Source: Candidatus Eiseniibacteriota bacterium (GTDB taxonomy: Bacteria > Eisenbacteria > RBG-16-71-46). From it: a stretch of DNA of 64,000 bases. Position numbers and translations under genes: made by a program. Below are positions 9,332 through 18,596 of the stretch, in pieces. The notes beneath the pieces were generated by a model that had not been told where the DNA came from, ran no database searches, and saw only the letters and a list, made by a program, of their open reading frames with translations. The first letter of the stretch is position 1. The number at the start of each line of letters is the position of its first letter. Where the stretch lies: contig CAVSAC010000010.1 in assembly GCA_963725865.1 (NCBI GenBank), positions 1,094,922 to 1,158,921 on the forward strand, written 5' to 3'.

Positions 9332-10623
9332 GGCTTCTTCGCGTTCCCCTTGCCCGGCGCGTGCGAGTCGCCCGCGCGGGTAGTGTCGGCGGAGGTCGTG
9401 GCGTGCACGCCGTCCGCGTCCATCTGCAACATCGGCGGAGTGTCGTCGGAACGCATGTGCTCGAGCATCCACTGCGCCGAGGCGGTCAGCTCGGATTTCG
9501 GGTACTTCGCCAGCAGCGTCTTGAACGCCTTCTCGGCGTCCTCGTAGTTCTTGAGCTCCTCGGAGTGGATGAAGCCGATCATGAACTGCGCCTGCGGCGC
9601 CACGTCGGCGTCGGGGAACTGGTCGACCAGCTGCTGGTAGAGCTGGATGCGGTCCTGTGCCGGCCCCGCCTCCTGCGCCTCCTTGAACAGGTCCCGCGCG
9701 CTCTTCTTGGCGGTCACGAAGTCCTTGATCGCGGCCGAGTCCGACGTGACCCCGAGGTCCTTGCGCGCCCGCTCGAGCAGCCCGCGATAGAAGTCCTGCG
9801 AGCGCTGGCCCGAGAGCTGGCGCATGATGAGCGGTCGGACCTGGTCGAACGGCCGCACGCTCTCCTCTTTGCGCGCGTCCACCTTGAGCAGGTGCCAGCC
9901 ACGCTCGCTGTGGATCGGGCCGCTCACGGCGCCCTCGGCCAGCGCGAACGCCGACTCGGCGAGCGCCGGCTGCGGGCCCAGGGGGCCGAACATGCCATCG
10001 CGCTGCACCGTGCCGACCAGGCCGCCGCTCGCCCGCGTCAGCGAGTCCGCGGACAGCTTCTTCGCCAGCGCGGCGAAATCCGCGCCCTTGGCCCGCACCT
10101 GCGGCAGCAGCTTCTTCGCGTCGGCCTCGGTCCTGGCGAGGATGTGACGCACCGTCACCGTCGCCGGCACCTTGTACTCGCTCAGGTGCTGATCGTAGTA
10201 GGCGTGCGCCTCGGAGTCGGTGGGCGCCGGATTCGCGGCCATCGCCTCCGTGAGATAGGTGCGGATGAGCAGATCGCGGCGCTGCTGCTCGAGCTGCTGC
10301 TGGAGCTTCGGACGATCGGCCACACCGGCGCGGGTCGCCGTCACCAGCCACACCTTCTCCTCGACGATGCGCTCGAGGAGCTGCTGGCGGCCGTCGGGCG
10401 TGGTGTACTGCGGACGCACCGACTCGGGGATCTCCTCGAGCCGCTGCTGCACCATCGCGCGGGTGATGACCTCGTTCCCCACGCGCACCAGCACCGCCGA
10501 CGTGTCGGACGGTGCGGCACCGCGCGAAGCACGCTTGGAGGCCGGAGCCTTGGCGGCGGCCACCGGCATCGCGAGGGTCACCGCGAGCAGACCGCCGATC
10601 AGAACCCCGCGCGCGGTCGTCAT
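9328..10623 (-). CDS. Exported parvulin-type peptidyl-prolyl isomerase with C-terminal TPR region
   Basis: Signal peptide; VRHIL, FAALAKKLS.D, GGLVG, SERGWHLLKV. TPR-like tail (FPDADVAPQAQFMIG...KYPKSE). Confidence 0.85.
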   Translation of the reverse strand: MTTARGVLIGGLLAVTLAMPVAAAKAPASKRASRGAAPSDTSAVLVRVGNEVITRAMVQQRLEEIPESVRPQYTTPDGRQQLLERIVEEKVWLVTATRAGVADRPKLQQQLEQQRRDLLIRTYLTEAMAANPAPTDSEAHAYYDQHLSEYKVPATVTVRHILARTEADAKKLLPQVRAKGADFAALAKKLSADSLTRASGGLVGTVQRDGMFGPLGPQPALAESAFALAEGAVSGPIHSERGWHLLKVDARKEESVRPFDQVRPLIMRQLSGQRSQDFYRGLLERARKDLGVTSDSAAIKDFVTAKKSARDLFKEAQEAGPAQDRIQLYQQLVDQFPDADVAPQAQFMIGFIHSEELKNYEDAEKAFKTLLAKYPKSELTASAQWMLEHMRSDDTPPMLQMDADGVHATTSADTTRAGDSHAPGKGNAKKP

Positions 10624-11063
10624 GGCCGCACCACCCAGACCTTCACCGTCGCCGCGACGCCGCCGTAGAGCTTCACCACCACGTCGTAGCGGCCGAGCTG
10701 CTTGATGTGCTCGGGCAGCTCGATGCGGCGCTTGTCGACCTCATGCCCCGCCTTGGCGAGGGCGTCCGCGATGTCGGCGTTCGTGATCGAGCCGAACAGC
10801 GTGTCCTCTTCGTTGGCCTGCGACGGGATGTTGATCTCGACGCCCTCGAGTTTCGCGGCCTCGACCCGCGCGGCGGCGACCAGCTTGTCCTCCTTCACCT
10901 CGCGCTGCCGGAGCAGCTCCTTGAGGAGGTTGCCGGCCTTGGTACCGACGGGGATCGCGAGCCTGCGGGGAAGCAGGTAGTTGCGGGCGTAGCCGGGCTT
11001 CACGTTCACCGTGACGCCCTTGTCCCCCACGCCCTTCAGGTCTTCGAGCAAGATGACTTCCAT
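10620..11063 (-). CDS. rplI: 50S ribosomal protein L9
   Basis: MEVILLEDLKGVG...VKPGYARNYLLP; LFGSIT. Confidence 0.97.
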   Translation of the reverse strand: MEVILLEDLKGVGDKGVTVNVKPGYARNYLLPRRLAIPVGTKAGNLLKELLRQREVKEDKLVAAARVEAAKLEGVEINIPSQANEEDTLFGSITNADIADALAKAGHEVDKRRIELPEHIKQLGRYDVVVKLYGGVAATVKVWVVRP

Positions 11064-11072
11064 CGGTTCTCC

Positions 11073-12056
11073 CTAGGGTTGTCCACCGTCAGCGGTGGGC
11101 TCCAGTCGACGATAGTCCAGCCAGGCGTCGCTCAGTCCGAGGGCCGCCGCGGTCAGGACGAAGACCGGTGCCACGACGGCGATGACCACCATGGTCAGGG
11201 CGATGACGACGGCCGGCACACCGCGCCGCAGCATCAGCGAGGATACCACCGCGATCCCCTGCACTCCGAAGCCGAGCCCCGCGGCCAGCAGCAGCGTCCA
11301 GCCGCTCGGTGCGGCCGGCGCCCACGCGATGGCGAGCACCGCGAGTCCCGCGAGGAACGTCCACAACACTCCATCCGGCACGCGCCAGTCGCTGAGCGCC
11401 GTGCTCGTCAGCGGCGGCCACCGCAACAGCCCCGCGATCCGCGCGGCGAACATCCGTCCCGCCGCTACCAGCAGCGCGACCCAGCCGAACAACAGCGTCG
11501 GCAGCAGGTACGGCACCACGACCTCGCGCTCCATCTTCACCATCATCTGCATCGCGGCCTCGGCGTCGCGCAACTGCTGCGGCGAGTAGTGCCGCGGCGC
11601 CTCCGCCTCGAACGCGTGCTGCATCTGCACGATCGTGGTGTCGAGCCGGCCGCGCAGCGCGCCGTAGCCCGGCAGCCAGGGCAGCACCACCGCGAGCACC
11701 AGCACCGGCGCCAGGTGCCAGGCACGCTCGCCGGCCGAGTTGCGGCCGCCCTCCTCGCGCAGGCCGGTCCAGACCCCGGTCAGCGCCGCCGCCGGAATCC
11801 ACCAGGCCCACAGCGCGCCGGCCAGCCCCGCCGCCAGGGCCGCGCCCGCCGCCACGGCCGGGACCGCGAACCCCCACGCGCCGAAGCGCCACGCCACGAG
11901 CATCGCGGCCGCCACCACCGCGGGGATCAGCACCCACAGCAATGACCACGATCCCGCCGTGCCGGCCGCCAGCAGGCCGAGCAGCGCCGCGATCAGCCCC
12001 GCGCGCACCCAGGACGGGCGACGCGTGCGCCGCGCCGTGTCAGCGATAGAGGTCAC
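11073..12056 (-). CDS. DUF2232/YybS-family membrane protein
   Basis: Multi-TM protein between rpsR and rplI; WRVPD, QGIAV and [11 protein letters not shown] motifs. Confidence 0.8.
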   Translation of the reverse strand: MTSIADTARRTRRPSWVRAGLIAALLGLLAAGTAGSWSLLWVLIPAVVAAAMLVAWRFGAWGFAVPAVAAGAALAAGLAGALWAWWIPAAALTGVWTGLREEGGRNSAGERAWHLAPVLVLAVVLPWLPGYGALRGRLDTTIVQMQHAFEAEAPRHYSPQQLRDAEAAMQMMVKMEREVVVPYLLPTLLFGWVALLVAAGRMFAARIAGLLRWPPLTSTALSDWRVPDGVLWTFLAGLAVLAIAWAPAAPSGWTLLLAAGLGFGVQGIAVVSSLMLRRGVPAVVIALTMVVIAVVAPVFVLTAAALGLSDAWLDYRRLEPTADGGQP

Positions 12057-12282
12057 TGGTGAACGGCAGCAGCGCCAGCACCCGCGCCCGCTTGATCGCG
12101 GTCGTCAGCTGCTTCTGATGCCGCGCGCACGTTCCCGACACCCGGCGCGGGACGATCTTGCCGCGATCGGTGACGAATCTCCCGAGGCGCTTCTCGTCCT
12201 TGTAATCGACGAATCCGACCTTCTCGAGACACAACTTGCAGTACTTGCGCTTGATGCCCTTGCCTTCGCGTTCCTTGGCCAT
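12040..12282 (-). CDS. rpsR: 30S ribosomal protein S18 (zinc-binding form)
   Basis: [39 protein letters not shown]. Confidence 0.97.
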   Translation of the reverse strand: MAKEREGKGIKRKYCKLCLEKVGFVDYKDEKRLGRFVTDRGKIVPRRVSGTCARHQKQLTTAIKRARVLALLPFTSDLYR

Positions 12283-12312
12283 CGCTGTTCCTCTCACCTC
12301 CGTCGACGGGGC

Positions 12313-12711
12313 TCAGGCCCCACCCGATGCCGGCGGCGCCCCGCCCTGCGGCGGCGTCGCACCCTCCGGCCAATCCATGAAGTGGACGAGTTCCGCGCGC
12401 ACCTCGAGCCGCGAGCGCTTCTCGCCGCCCGGTGCCGCCCACTCCCGCATCTGCAGTCGTCCTTCCACCAGCACCGCGCTCCCCTTGTGGAGGTGCACGG
12501 CGCACACTTCGGCGAGCCGCTGCATCGTCACCACCGGCGTGAACCCGGTCTGCTCGGCGAGCTTCCCGTCCTTCCCCCGCCAGCGGCGGTGGAACGCGAG
12601 CGTGAACGTCGTGACCGGCGTGCCGTCGGACGCGTAGCGCTTGTCCGGGTCGCGCGTGAGTCGACCGCCCAGTTGCACCCGGTTGAGCTCGGGGAGCCTG
12701 AATCCGGACAT
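12313..12711 (-). CDS. ssb: Single-stranded DNA-binding protein (short, no acidic tail)
   Basis: LNRVQLGGRLTRDP and LHKGSAVLVEGRLQ OB-fold motifs; position between rpsF and rpsR. Confidence 0.85.
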   Translation of the reverse strand: MSGFRLPELNRVQLGGRLTRDPDKRYASDGTPVTTFTLAFHRRWRGKDGKLAEQTGFTPVVTMQRLAEVCAVHLHKGSAVLVEGRLQMREWAAPGGEKRSRLEVRAELVHFMDWPEGATPPQGGAPPASGGA

Positions 12712-12741
12712 GTCGTGCCTCCTTCGGCGACCCGCGCCGCG

Positions 12742-13095
12742 CTACTCCTCGCCCGCGTCCTCGGTGGCCGCCACCACCTCGGCGTCGACCTGCGGCTGGG
12801 TCAACTCCGGCGGGACGTGCAGCACCGTGAGGACGCGCATGACCTGCTCGTCGAGCTTCATGCGGCGCTCCACCTCTTTCACCACCGGCCCCGGCCCCTG
12901 GTAGAGGAACAGCGTGTAGATCCCGTCGCGGCGCCGATTGATCTCGTAGGCGAGCCGCCGCTTGCCCCAACGCTGCACCTCGAGCACCTCGCCGCCCAGA
13001 TCCTTGATCCAGCCGGTGACGCGCTCGATCTCCTCGTTGACCTTCCCCTCGTCGAGGCCGGGCTCGAGGATGAATGTGGTCTCGTACTTGTTCAC
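12742..13095 (-). CDS. rpsF: 30S ribosomal protein S6
   Basis: KYETTFIL, WGKRRLAYEI. GTG start overlaps the pth stop. Confidence 0.96.
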   Translation of the reverse strand: MNKYETTFILEPGLDEGKVNEEIERVTGWIKDLGGEVLEVQRWGKRRLAYEINRRRDGIYTLFLYQGPGPVVKEVERRMKLDEQVMRVLTVLHVPPELTQPQVDAEVVAATEDAGEE

Positions 13096-13679
13096 GGTTC
13101 GGATTCCTCCTGACGGATCCTGCGATTGAAACGATTCATGGCGGCGAGGATCCCATCCTCGAGCCAGCACTCCACCGCATCGGCGGCCTGCCGGGCCGCT
13201 TCCTCCGCGGCCGCCATCCCTGCGTCGTCGAACTCCTCCAGCACGTGGTCGCGCAGTCCCTCGGCGCTGTCGGCAGCGCCGACCCCGATCCGCAGTCGCG
13301 CGTAGCCGTCGCTACCGAGCGTCTCCTGGATGCTCGCGAGACCGCGGTGCCCACCGGTCGAGCCCAGCGCCCTCAGGCGCACGGTGCCCAGCGGCAGGTA
13401 CACGTCGTCGGCGATCACGATCAGCTCCGCCGCCTCCAGCGGGTGCCGCCCGCTCCAGGCTCGCAGCGCCTCGCCGCTCCGGTTCATGTACGTGAGCGGC
13501 GTCACGAGGTGCACTTCGCGTCCGCCCACGGCGGCGATACGACTGCGATACTCGTCCGCGAGTTCTCCCGGTCCGGCGTTCCAGCGCGCGGCCAGCAGGT
13601 CGACGACCCACCAGCCCACGTTGTGGCGGGTTCGCGCGTAGCGCGCGCCCGGATTGCCGAGCCCGAAGACCAGCGGCAC
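13092..13679 (-). CDS. pth: Peptidyl-tRNA hydrolase
   Basis: GLGNPG, TRHNVG, TYMNRSG, GGHRGL, RLRIGVG. Confidence 0.96.
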   Translation of the reverse strand: MPLVFGLGNPGARYARTRHNVGWWVVDLLAARWNAGPGELADEYRSRIAAVGGREVHLVTPLTYMNRSGEALRAWSGRHPLEAAELIVIADDVYLPLGTVRLRALGSTGGHRGLASIQETLGSDGYARLRIGVGAADSAEGLRDHVLEEFDDAGMAAAEEAARQAADAVECWLEDGILAAMNRFNRRIRQEESEP

Positions 13680-13685
13680 GACCGG

Positions 13686-14378
13686 CTACTTCTTCTCGCT
13701 CTTCTTGTCCTTCTCGCCCTTCTCCTCCTCGCCCGCCTCCTCCTTCTTGCCCTTGGCGATCACCTCGGGCTCGGTGGGCTCGGTGGTCGCCGCGACCTCC
13801 TCGACCGGCTTCGGCTCCTCGGCAACCGTCGGCGGCACCACCGTCGCCACGGTCGCGTCGGGATCCGACAGGATCTCGACGTTGACGGCCTGCAGGTCGC
13901 GCACGTGCACCGAGTCGCCGATGTTGAGCGCCGAGATGTCCACGTCGAGCGACGACGGGATCGTGGTCGGCAGACAGCGCACCTCGACCGTGCGAGTGAT
14001 GTGCTCGACGATGCCGCCCCCGTCCTTCACCCCGATCGGCGTGCCGAGCAGGTGCACCATGACCTCGACCTCGATGCTCTCCGTGAGCGAGATGTGCTGG
14101 AAATCGAGGTGGATCACGCGTTGCGTGAGCGGATCGTACTGAGCGTCGCGCACCAGGGCGGTGAACTCGCCGCCCTCGACCTTCAGGCTGACGAGCGGAT
14201 TGCCGCCCTTGTGCTTCAGCATCGCGAGCTGGAACTCGCGCGCGTCGATGCGGACCGGGATCGGCGTCTCCCCGTGTCCATACAGGATCCCGGGGATGTC
14301 ACCGGCCGCCCGGGCCTTGCGCGCGCCGCCCTTGCCGAGCGATTCGCGCTTCTGGGCGGTCAACGTGATGACCGACAT
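13686..14378 (-). CDS. rplY: 50S ribosomal protein L25 / general stress protein Ctc
   Basis: IPGILYG, HLDFQ, GVKDGGG, DISALNIGDSVHV. Confidence 0.95.
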   Translation of the reverse strand: MSVITLTAQKRESLGKGGARKARAAGDIPGILYGHGETPIPVRIDAREFQLAMLKHKGGNPLVSLKVEGGEFTALVRDAQYDPLTQRVIHLDFQHISLTESIEVEVMVHLLGTPIGVKDGGGIVEHITRTVEVRCLPTTIPSSLDVDISALNIGDSVHVRDLQAVNVEILSDPDATVATVVPPTVAEEPKPVEEVAATTEPTEPEVIAKGKKEEAGEEEKGEKDKKSEKK

Positions 14379-14449
14379 GCGTGCTCCTCCTTACGGTGTC
14401 GATTCGGCGGCGCGGCTCCCTGTCCGGGGCCGCCGTTCCGCGTGTTTCC

Positions 14450-15397
14450 CTAGATGAACAACGAGCTGAGCGAGCGCTCCTCGTGGATGCGCTGGACCGC
14501 CTCGCCCAACAGGCCCGCGACTGACAGCTCCGTGACGTTCGCGGGCAGCGGCGTGCCCTCGTGGCTCACCGTGTCGGTGATGACGAGCTCGCGGATCGGA
14601 GAAGCACCGATGCGCTCGAGCGCGCCCTGGCTGAACACGCCGTGCGTCACGCCGGCCGAGACCGACTTGGCGCCGTTCTTCATGATGGCCTCCGCCGCCT
14701 GGAACAGCGTGCGGGCGGTGGTGACCACGTCGTCGAACAGCACGACGTTGCGACCTTCGACCTCTCCGATCAGGTTCATCACCTCGACCGAATCGGGGCG
14801 CGGGCGGCGCTTGTCGACCAGGCCCAGCTCGGCGCCGAGGCGCTTCGCGTAGGCCCGCGCCATCTTCACGCTGCCGATGTCGGGCGCGACCACCATCAGG
14901 TCCGCGGTCTGCTTCCGCTGGAAGTGGTCCACCAGCACGGGCGCCGCGTAGAGATGGTCGAACGGGATGTCGAAGAAGCCCTGGATCTGCGCGCTGTGCA
15001 GATCCATCGTGAGCGCGCGGTCCGCGCCCGCGACGGTGATCAGGTTCGCCACCAGCTTGGCCGAGATCGGCGCGCGCGGCTGGTCCTTGCGGTCCTGGCG
15101 CGCGTAGCCGAAATACGGCAACACCGCCGTGACACGACGCGCCGAGGCGCGCTTGGCGGCGTCCAGCATGACCAGCAGCTCCATCAGGTTCTCGGCGGGC
15201 GCCCCGGTGGCCTGGACGATGAAGACGTCACCACCGCGGATGTTCTCGTTGAAGCGCACCGAGACCTCGCCGTCCTCGAAGTGCGAGACGTCGCAGTCTC
15301 CGAGGGGCGTCTTCAACCGTTCACAGATCGCGGCCGCGAGCCGACGGCTCGCGTTTCCTGCGAATACCCGACACGGATCCAAGCGCAACTCCTCCAT
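14450..15397 (-). CDS. prs: Ribose-phosphate pyrophosphokinase
   Basis: FEDGE, PYFGYARQDRK, MDLHSAQIQGFF, DDVVTTART. Confidence 0.97.
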   Translation of the reverse strand: MEELRLDPCRVFAGNASRRLAAAICERLKTPLGDCDVSHFEDGEVSVRFNENIRGGDVFIVQATGAPAENLMELLVMLDAAKRASARRVTAVLPYFGYARQDRKDQPRAPISAKLVANLITVAGADRALTMDLHSAQIQGFFDIPFDHLYAAPVLVDHFQRKQTADLMVVAPDIGSVKMARAYAKRLGAELGLVDKRRPRPDSVEVMNLIGEVEGRNVVLFDDVVTTARTLFQAAEAIMKNGAKSVSAGVTHGVFSQGALERIGASPIRELVITDTVSHEGTPLPANVTELSVAGLLGEAVQRIHEERSLSSLFI

Positions 15398-15536
15398 GGG
15401 AGGCGGTCACAGCCGAGCCGCACGCGGGGATCGCCGCGCCGGCGCGATCGGGTCACGCATGCACGCCCCCGCGCGACCGAAGTCGCGCCGGGCGTGCATC
15501 ACGCATCGCGGGTCGTCATCCACCCGACCCGGACGA

Positions 15537-15611
15537 TGGCTGGGGCGGGAGGATTCGAACCTCCGGATGCGAGATCCAAAGTCTCGTGCCTTACCACTTG
15601 GCCACGCCCCA
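15537..15611 (-). tRNA. tRNA-Gln (TTG)
   Basis: Reverse complement TGGGGCGTGGCCAAGTGGTAAGGC...CTTTGGA...GGTTCGAATCC...GCCCCAGCCA; cloverleaf with encoded CCA. Confidence 0.96.
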
Positions 15612-15716
15612 CCAACAGAACGGGATTTCCGTCACGGTCCGTTCCCCCGCAGGCGGGGGTCCGGGGTGCAGGTCATTGGCCCGAAGGAATGATCGGTGTT
15701 GCAGAAAAGCCCGGGG

Positions 15717-15746
15717 AGACTACCGGTGGCGCCCGGCGCCTGTCAA
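15717..15746 (-). promoter_or_regulatory. sigma70-type promoter for the tRNA-Gln-prs operon
   Basis: TTGACA-N18-TAGTCT on the minus strand about 105 bp upstream of tRNA-Gln. Confidence 0.65.
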
Positions 15747-15788
15747 CGCGCAAGGGCACCGGCGGTCGCTCACGGGCGCGGGCAGCGG

Positions 15789-15820
15789 AACGGCCCGTCC
15801 GCGCCAGCGGACGGGCCGTT
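15789..15820 (-). terminator. Hairpin terminator after the secreted protein gene
   Basis: Perfect 14-bp stem aacggcccgtccgc-gcca-gcggacgggccgtt; short U tract. Confidence 0.6.
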
Positions 15821-15853
15821 ACTCGCAGGGCGACTGCCCCCCTCGGGGGTGCG

Positions 15854-16825
15854 TCACCGATAGATGGTCTTGACCTGGCCCCAGCTCCGGCGATTGGCCG
15901 GCACCACCGTGCAGTTCAGGATGCCGGTGAGCGTCCAGGTGCCGGACGAGTTGGTGCCGTAGCTGTCGAGGATCAGGTAGTACTCGCCCGAGGCCGGGAA
16001 CGTGTACACGAGGTGCTCCGCCGCGCCCGTCAGCGTGGCATCGGCCCCCGCCACGCAGGTGGTCGTCGGGGAGCTGCAATCGGTGATGATGTAGATCGAA
16101 GCGTCGGCCGTACTGGTGTACGTCGCGTCCAGCTGGTCGCCACCCGAGACGCTCATCAGATAGGCGACGTCCTTGCCGAGCGCTGCGTACCCGGTGCAGC
16201 CACCCACCCCGGAGGTCAGCGGCGTGTAGTCGTCGGCCGCGAACGCCGTGCTGCCGGACAGGTTGATGTCTCCGCAGTCGATCCGCGCCATCGGCGTGCA
16301 CTGATCGTTCACCGGCGGCGGCTGGGGCGCCTGGCAGCTGACAAAGCCCTTGTAGCTGCCGGTGCTGGTGGCGCTGTACGCCGCGAAGCCGACGTAGTAG
16401 ATGCCGCTCGTGGGCGCCGTGTAGGTCAGCAGCGAGTACAGGCCGGGGCCCGAATCGTCGTCGTTCGCCAAGACCACGGCGGACGCGTCGAACAGCCGGA
16501 TGCGAGTGTCACCCACCGGCGCGGCGCCATCGGCGTCGGTCCCGACGGTGATGATCGTGCCGGCCACGACGGAGAAGTAGACGTAGTCCGTGTCGGCGGG
16601 GGCGTCGATCGCGGCGGGGCGCAGCACGTCTCCACACTGCAACAGCTGGGCGTTGGCGATGCCGTTGTTCGGCTCGACTTCGGGAACATCCGCCTGGACG
16701 GAGTTGGGCACCGGATTCCAGAGCTTCTCATGGGCCCCGGCGACCTTGTCCTGGGCGTGCAGCGGCTGCGCCGACACCAGGACGAGGGAGGTCAGTGCCA
16801 GCGCAAGGGTGTAGAGGGGCTTCAT
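15854..16825 (-). CDS. Secreted protein with two PPC-like beta-sandwich domains and C-terminal SWGxxKxIYR tail
   Basis: GGAGG RBS; signal peptide MKPLYTLALAL...LHA; EVEPNN, DTDYVYF, LANDDD, GIYYV, GEYYLILD; ends RRSWGQVKTIYR. Confidence 0.75.
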   Translation of the reverse strand: MKPLYTLALALTSLVLVSAQPLHAQDKVAGAHEKLWNPVPNSVQADVPEVEPNNGIANAQLLQCGDVLRPAAIDAPADTDYVYFSVVAGTIITVGTDADGAAPVGDTRIRLFDASAVVLANDDDSGPGLYSLLTYTAPTSGIYYVGFAAYSATSTGSYKGFVSCQAPQPPPVNDQCTPMARIDCGDINLSGSTAFAADDYTPLTSGVGGCTGYAALGKDVAYLMSVSGGDQLDATYTSTADASIYIITDCSSPTTTCVAGADATLTGAAEHLVYTFPASGEYYLILDSYGTNSSGTWTLTGILNCTVVPANRRSWGQVKTIYR

Positions 16826-17034
16826 GCAGTCCTCCTGTCGAGAGGATCTGAAGGACGACGTCCGCGCGTGACGCGACGCCGCCCAGCGGGGATGCTCGGT
16901 CCATGCGAGGGCGATCCGCGCGCGCACGACGAAACTCGCTTGGGGGGGTCTCGTCGAGACCGACAAATCACGGACCACAGGTCGATGTAGTGCCGCGATC
17001 CAAGGCGCAAGACGTCTTGCATGCCGAGGGCGGC

Positions 17035-17063
17035 ATTATCCACTCGTCAGGCGATCGACGCAA
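17035..17063 (-). promoter_or_regulatory. Putative sigma70 promoter for the secreted protein gene
   Basis: TTGCGT-N17-GATAAT on the minus strand; perfect palindrome GCAAGACGTCTTGC just downstream (17007-17020). Confidence 0.45.
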
Positions 17064-17231
17064 CGAATGTCGCGGGGTATCCCCGAATCAAGGGCCGGGG
17101 CTTGGGGCACCGATCGCCGTCTGGAGCGACTCCATCCGTCTCTGCCGGGCACCCCGGGAGGCTCCGGAGCTCGCCCCCTCGGCGCTGCCCGCCGGGCGAG
17201 GGGGGGCCCGGTCGAGGCCGCGCGGATGGCC

Positions 17232-17543
17232 TTACTCGTCGACGTGCGCGTCCGCCAGCACCGGGGCGCCGGGAGCGGCGGCAGGGCGCTGGAGTTCCTT
17301 TTGGTATTCCTCCATCACGATCTCGGTCAGATACTTGCGAGTCTCATCGTTGATCGGATGAGCGAGGTCCTGGTGCTGGCCATCGGGGCGCTTGCGACTC
17401 GGCATCGCGACGAACAGACTCGAGTTCCCGCGGATGATCTTGAGCCCGCGGATGACGAACGAATCGTTCAACGTGATCGACACGAACGCCTTGAGTTTGT
17501 CGTCGTTGCGCAACGAGACCCGCACCTCGGTGATCTGGATCAT
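17232..17543 (-). CDS. spoVG: SpoVG-family nucleic-acid-binding regulator
   Basis: ITEVRV, KLKAFVSITL, LFVAMPSRK, DLAHPIN. Confidence 0.93.
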   Translation of the reverse strand: MIQITEVRVSLRNDDKLKAFVSITLNDSFVIRGLKIIRGNSSLFVAMPSRKRPDGQHQDLAHPINDETRKYLTEIVMEEYQKELQRPAAAPGAPVLADAHVDE

Positions 17544-17547
17544 GGGA

Positions 17548-17628
17548 TCACCTCGTCACGGGCCGAGGGGTGTGATGGGAATCATCCCCGGGGTACCCGG
17601 GGTCGGGGCTCCCTTCCGACTTGAGCAT
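17548..17628 (-). CDS. Putative 26-aa upstream ORF (MLKSEGSPDPGYPGDDSHHTPRPVTR)
   Basis: AAGGAGG 4 nt before the ATG; its TGA lies inside the spoVG RBS (GAGGTGA). Confidence 0.4.
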   Translation of the reverse strand: MLKSEGSPDPGYPGDDSHHTPRPVTR

Positions 17629-17651
17629 CTGGCCTCCTTGCGTCGCTCAAG

Positions 17652-18596
17652 CTACTGCAGCGTCCTGATCCGCAGCCCGGTGCCTCGGGACTGGACCCCG
17701 TAGAGGGTCTCGACACCAGAGAAGCGACTCAGGACATCGTGGAAGGCGACATTCGCTGGCAGCACACCGAACACCGCCGACCCACTACCTGTCATGCGGA
17801 CCAGATCCGCACCCGCCGCGTGCAGCCGATCGCAGAGCGCGACGAATCCACCCCGCCGTTCACCCAGCACTTCTTCGAACGTGTTCCCGAGACGCATCGC
17901 GTCCTGGAGCGTCACGGCACTCAAAGCTAAGTCGTGAGCGATTCTTAGTTTCGATCTCCACAGTGTCAAGCTCGATTTCCGTCGGTCGATCGCCGCGAAC
18001 GCGCGCGCGGTCGAGATCCCCCACGTCGGCAGCGCGATCACCGCGCGAAAGCGGCGCGCCAAGCGCAGCCGCGTGAGCCGTTCGCCGCGGCCGCGCCCGA
18101 GCGCGGTGCCGCCCAGCAGCGCGAACGGCACGTCGGAACCCAGCGCGGCGGCGAGTTCGAGCCGCTCGGCGCGGGATCGCCGGACGCCGTAGAGGGCGTC
18201 GAGCGCCGCGAGCGCGGCCGCGGCGTCGGCGCTGCCACCCCCCATCCCGGCCCGGGTCGGGATGCGTTTGATCAAAGTGAATCGCGCCCCACCGATGCGC
18301 GGGTCGTGGGCCGCCAGCAGTCGTGCGGCCGCGAGCACCAGGTTGCGGGGGCCCGCGCTCACCTCGGGGCGGCGGCGGCGCACGCCGCCGGCGAGGGCGA
18401 CGTCCTCGTGCCTCACCGAGAGGTCGAAGCCGCGGGTGCGCGGACGCGCGACCAGCGTGTCGGCGAGCGAGACCGACTGGAAGATGGTGGCGAGCTCGTG
18501 GAACCCGTCGGTGCGCCGCGGACCGACCGCGAGACCGAGGTTGAGTTTGGCGCGCGCCTCGACCACGACCTGCCCCCCGCGCGGCCGCGCGGTCAT
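17652..18596 (-). CDS. ispE: 4-diphosphocytidyl-2-C-methyl-D-erythritol kinase
   Basis: AKLNLGL, KRIPTRAGMGGGSADAA, LGSDVPF, MTGSGSAVFG. Confidence 0.95.
   Translation of the reverse strand: MTARPRGGQVVVEARAKLNLGLAVGPRRTDGFHELATIFQSVSLADTLVARPRTRGFDLSVRHEDVALAGGVRRRRPEVSAGPRNLVLAAARLLAAHDPRIGGARFTLIKRIPTRAGMGGGSADAAAALAALDALYGVRRSRAERLELAAALGSDVPFALLGGTALGRGRGERLTRLRLARRFRAVIALPTWGISTARAFAAIDRRKSSLTLWRSKLRIAHDLALSAVTLQDAMRLGNTFEEVLGERRGGFVALCDRLHAAGADLVRMTGSGSAVFGVLPANVAFHDVLSRFSGVETLYGVQSRGTGLRIRTLQ
17941..17969 (-). promoter_or_regulatory. Promoter embedded within ispE
   Basis: TTGACA-N17-AAGAAT in a locally AT-rich patch of ispE. Confidence 0.55.
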
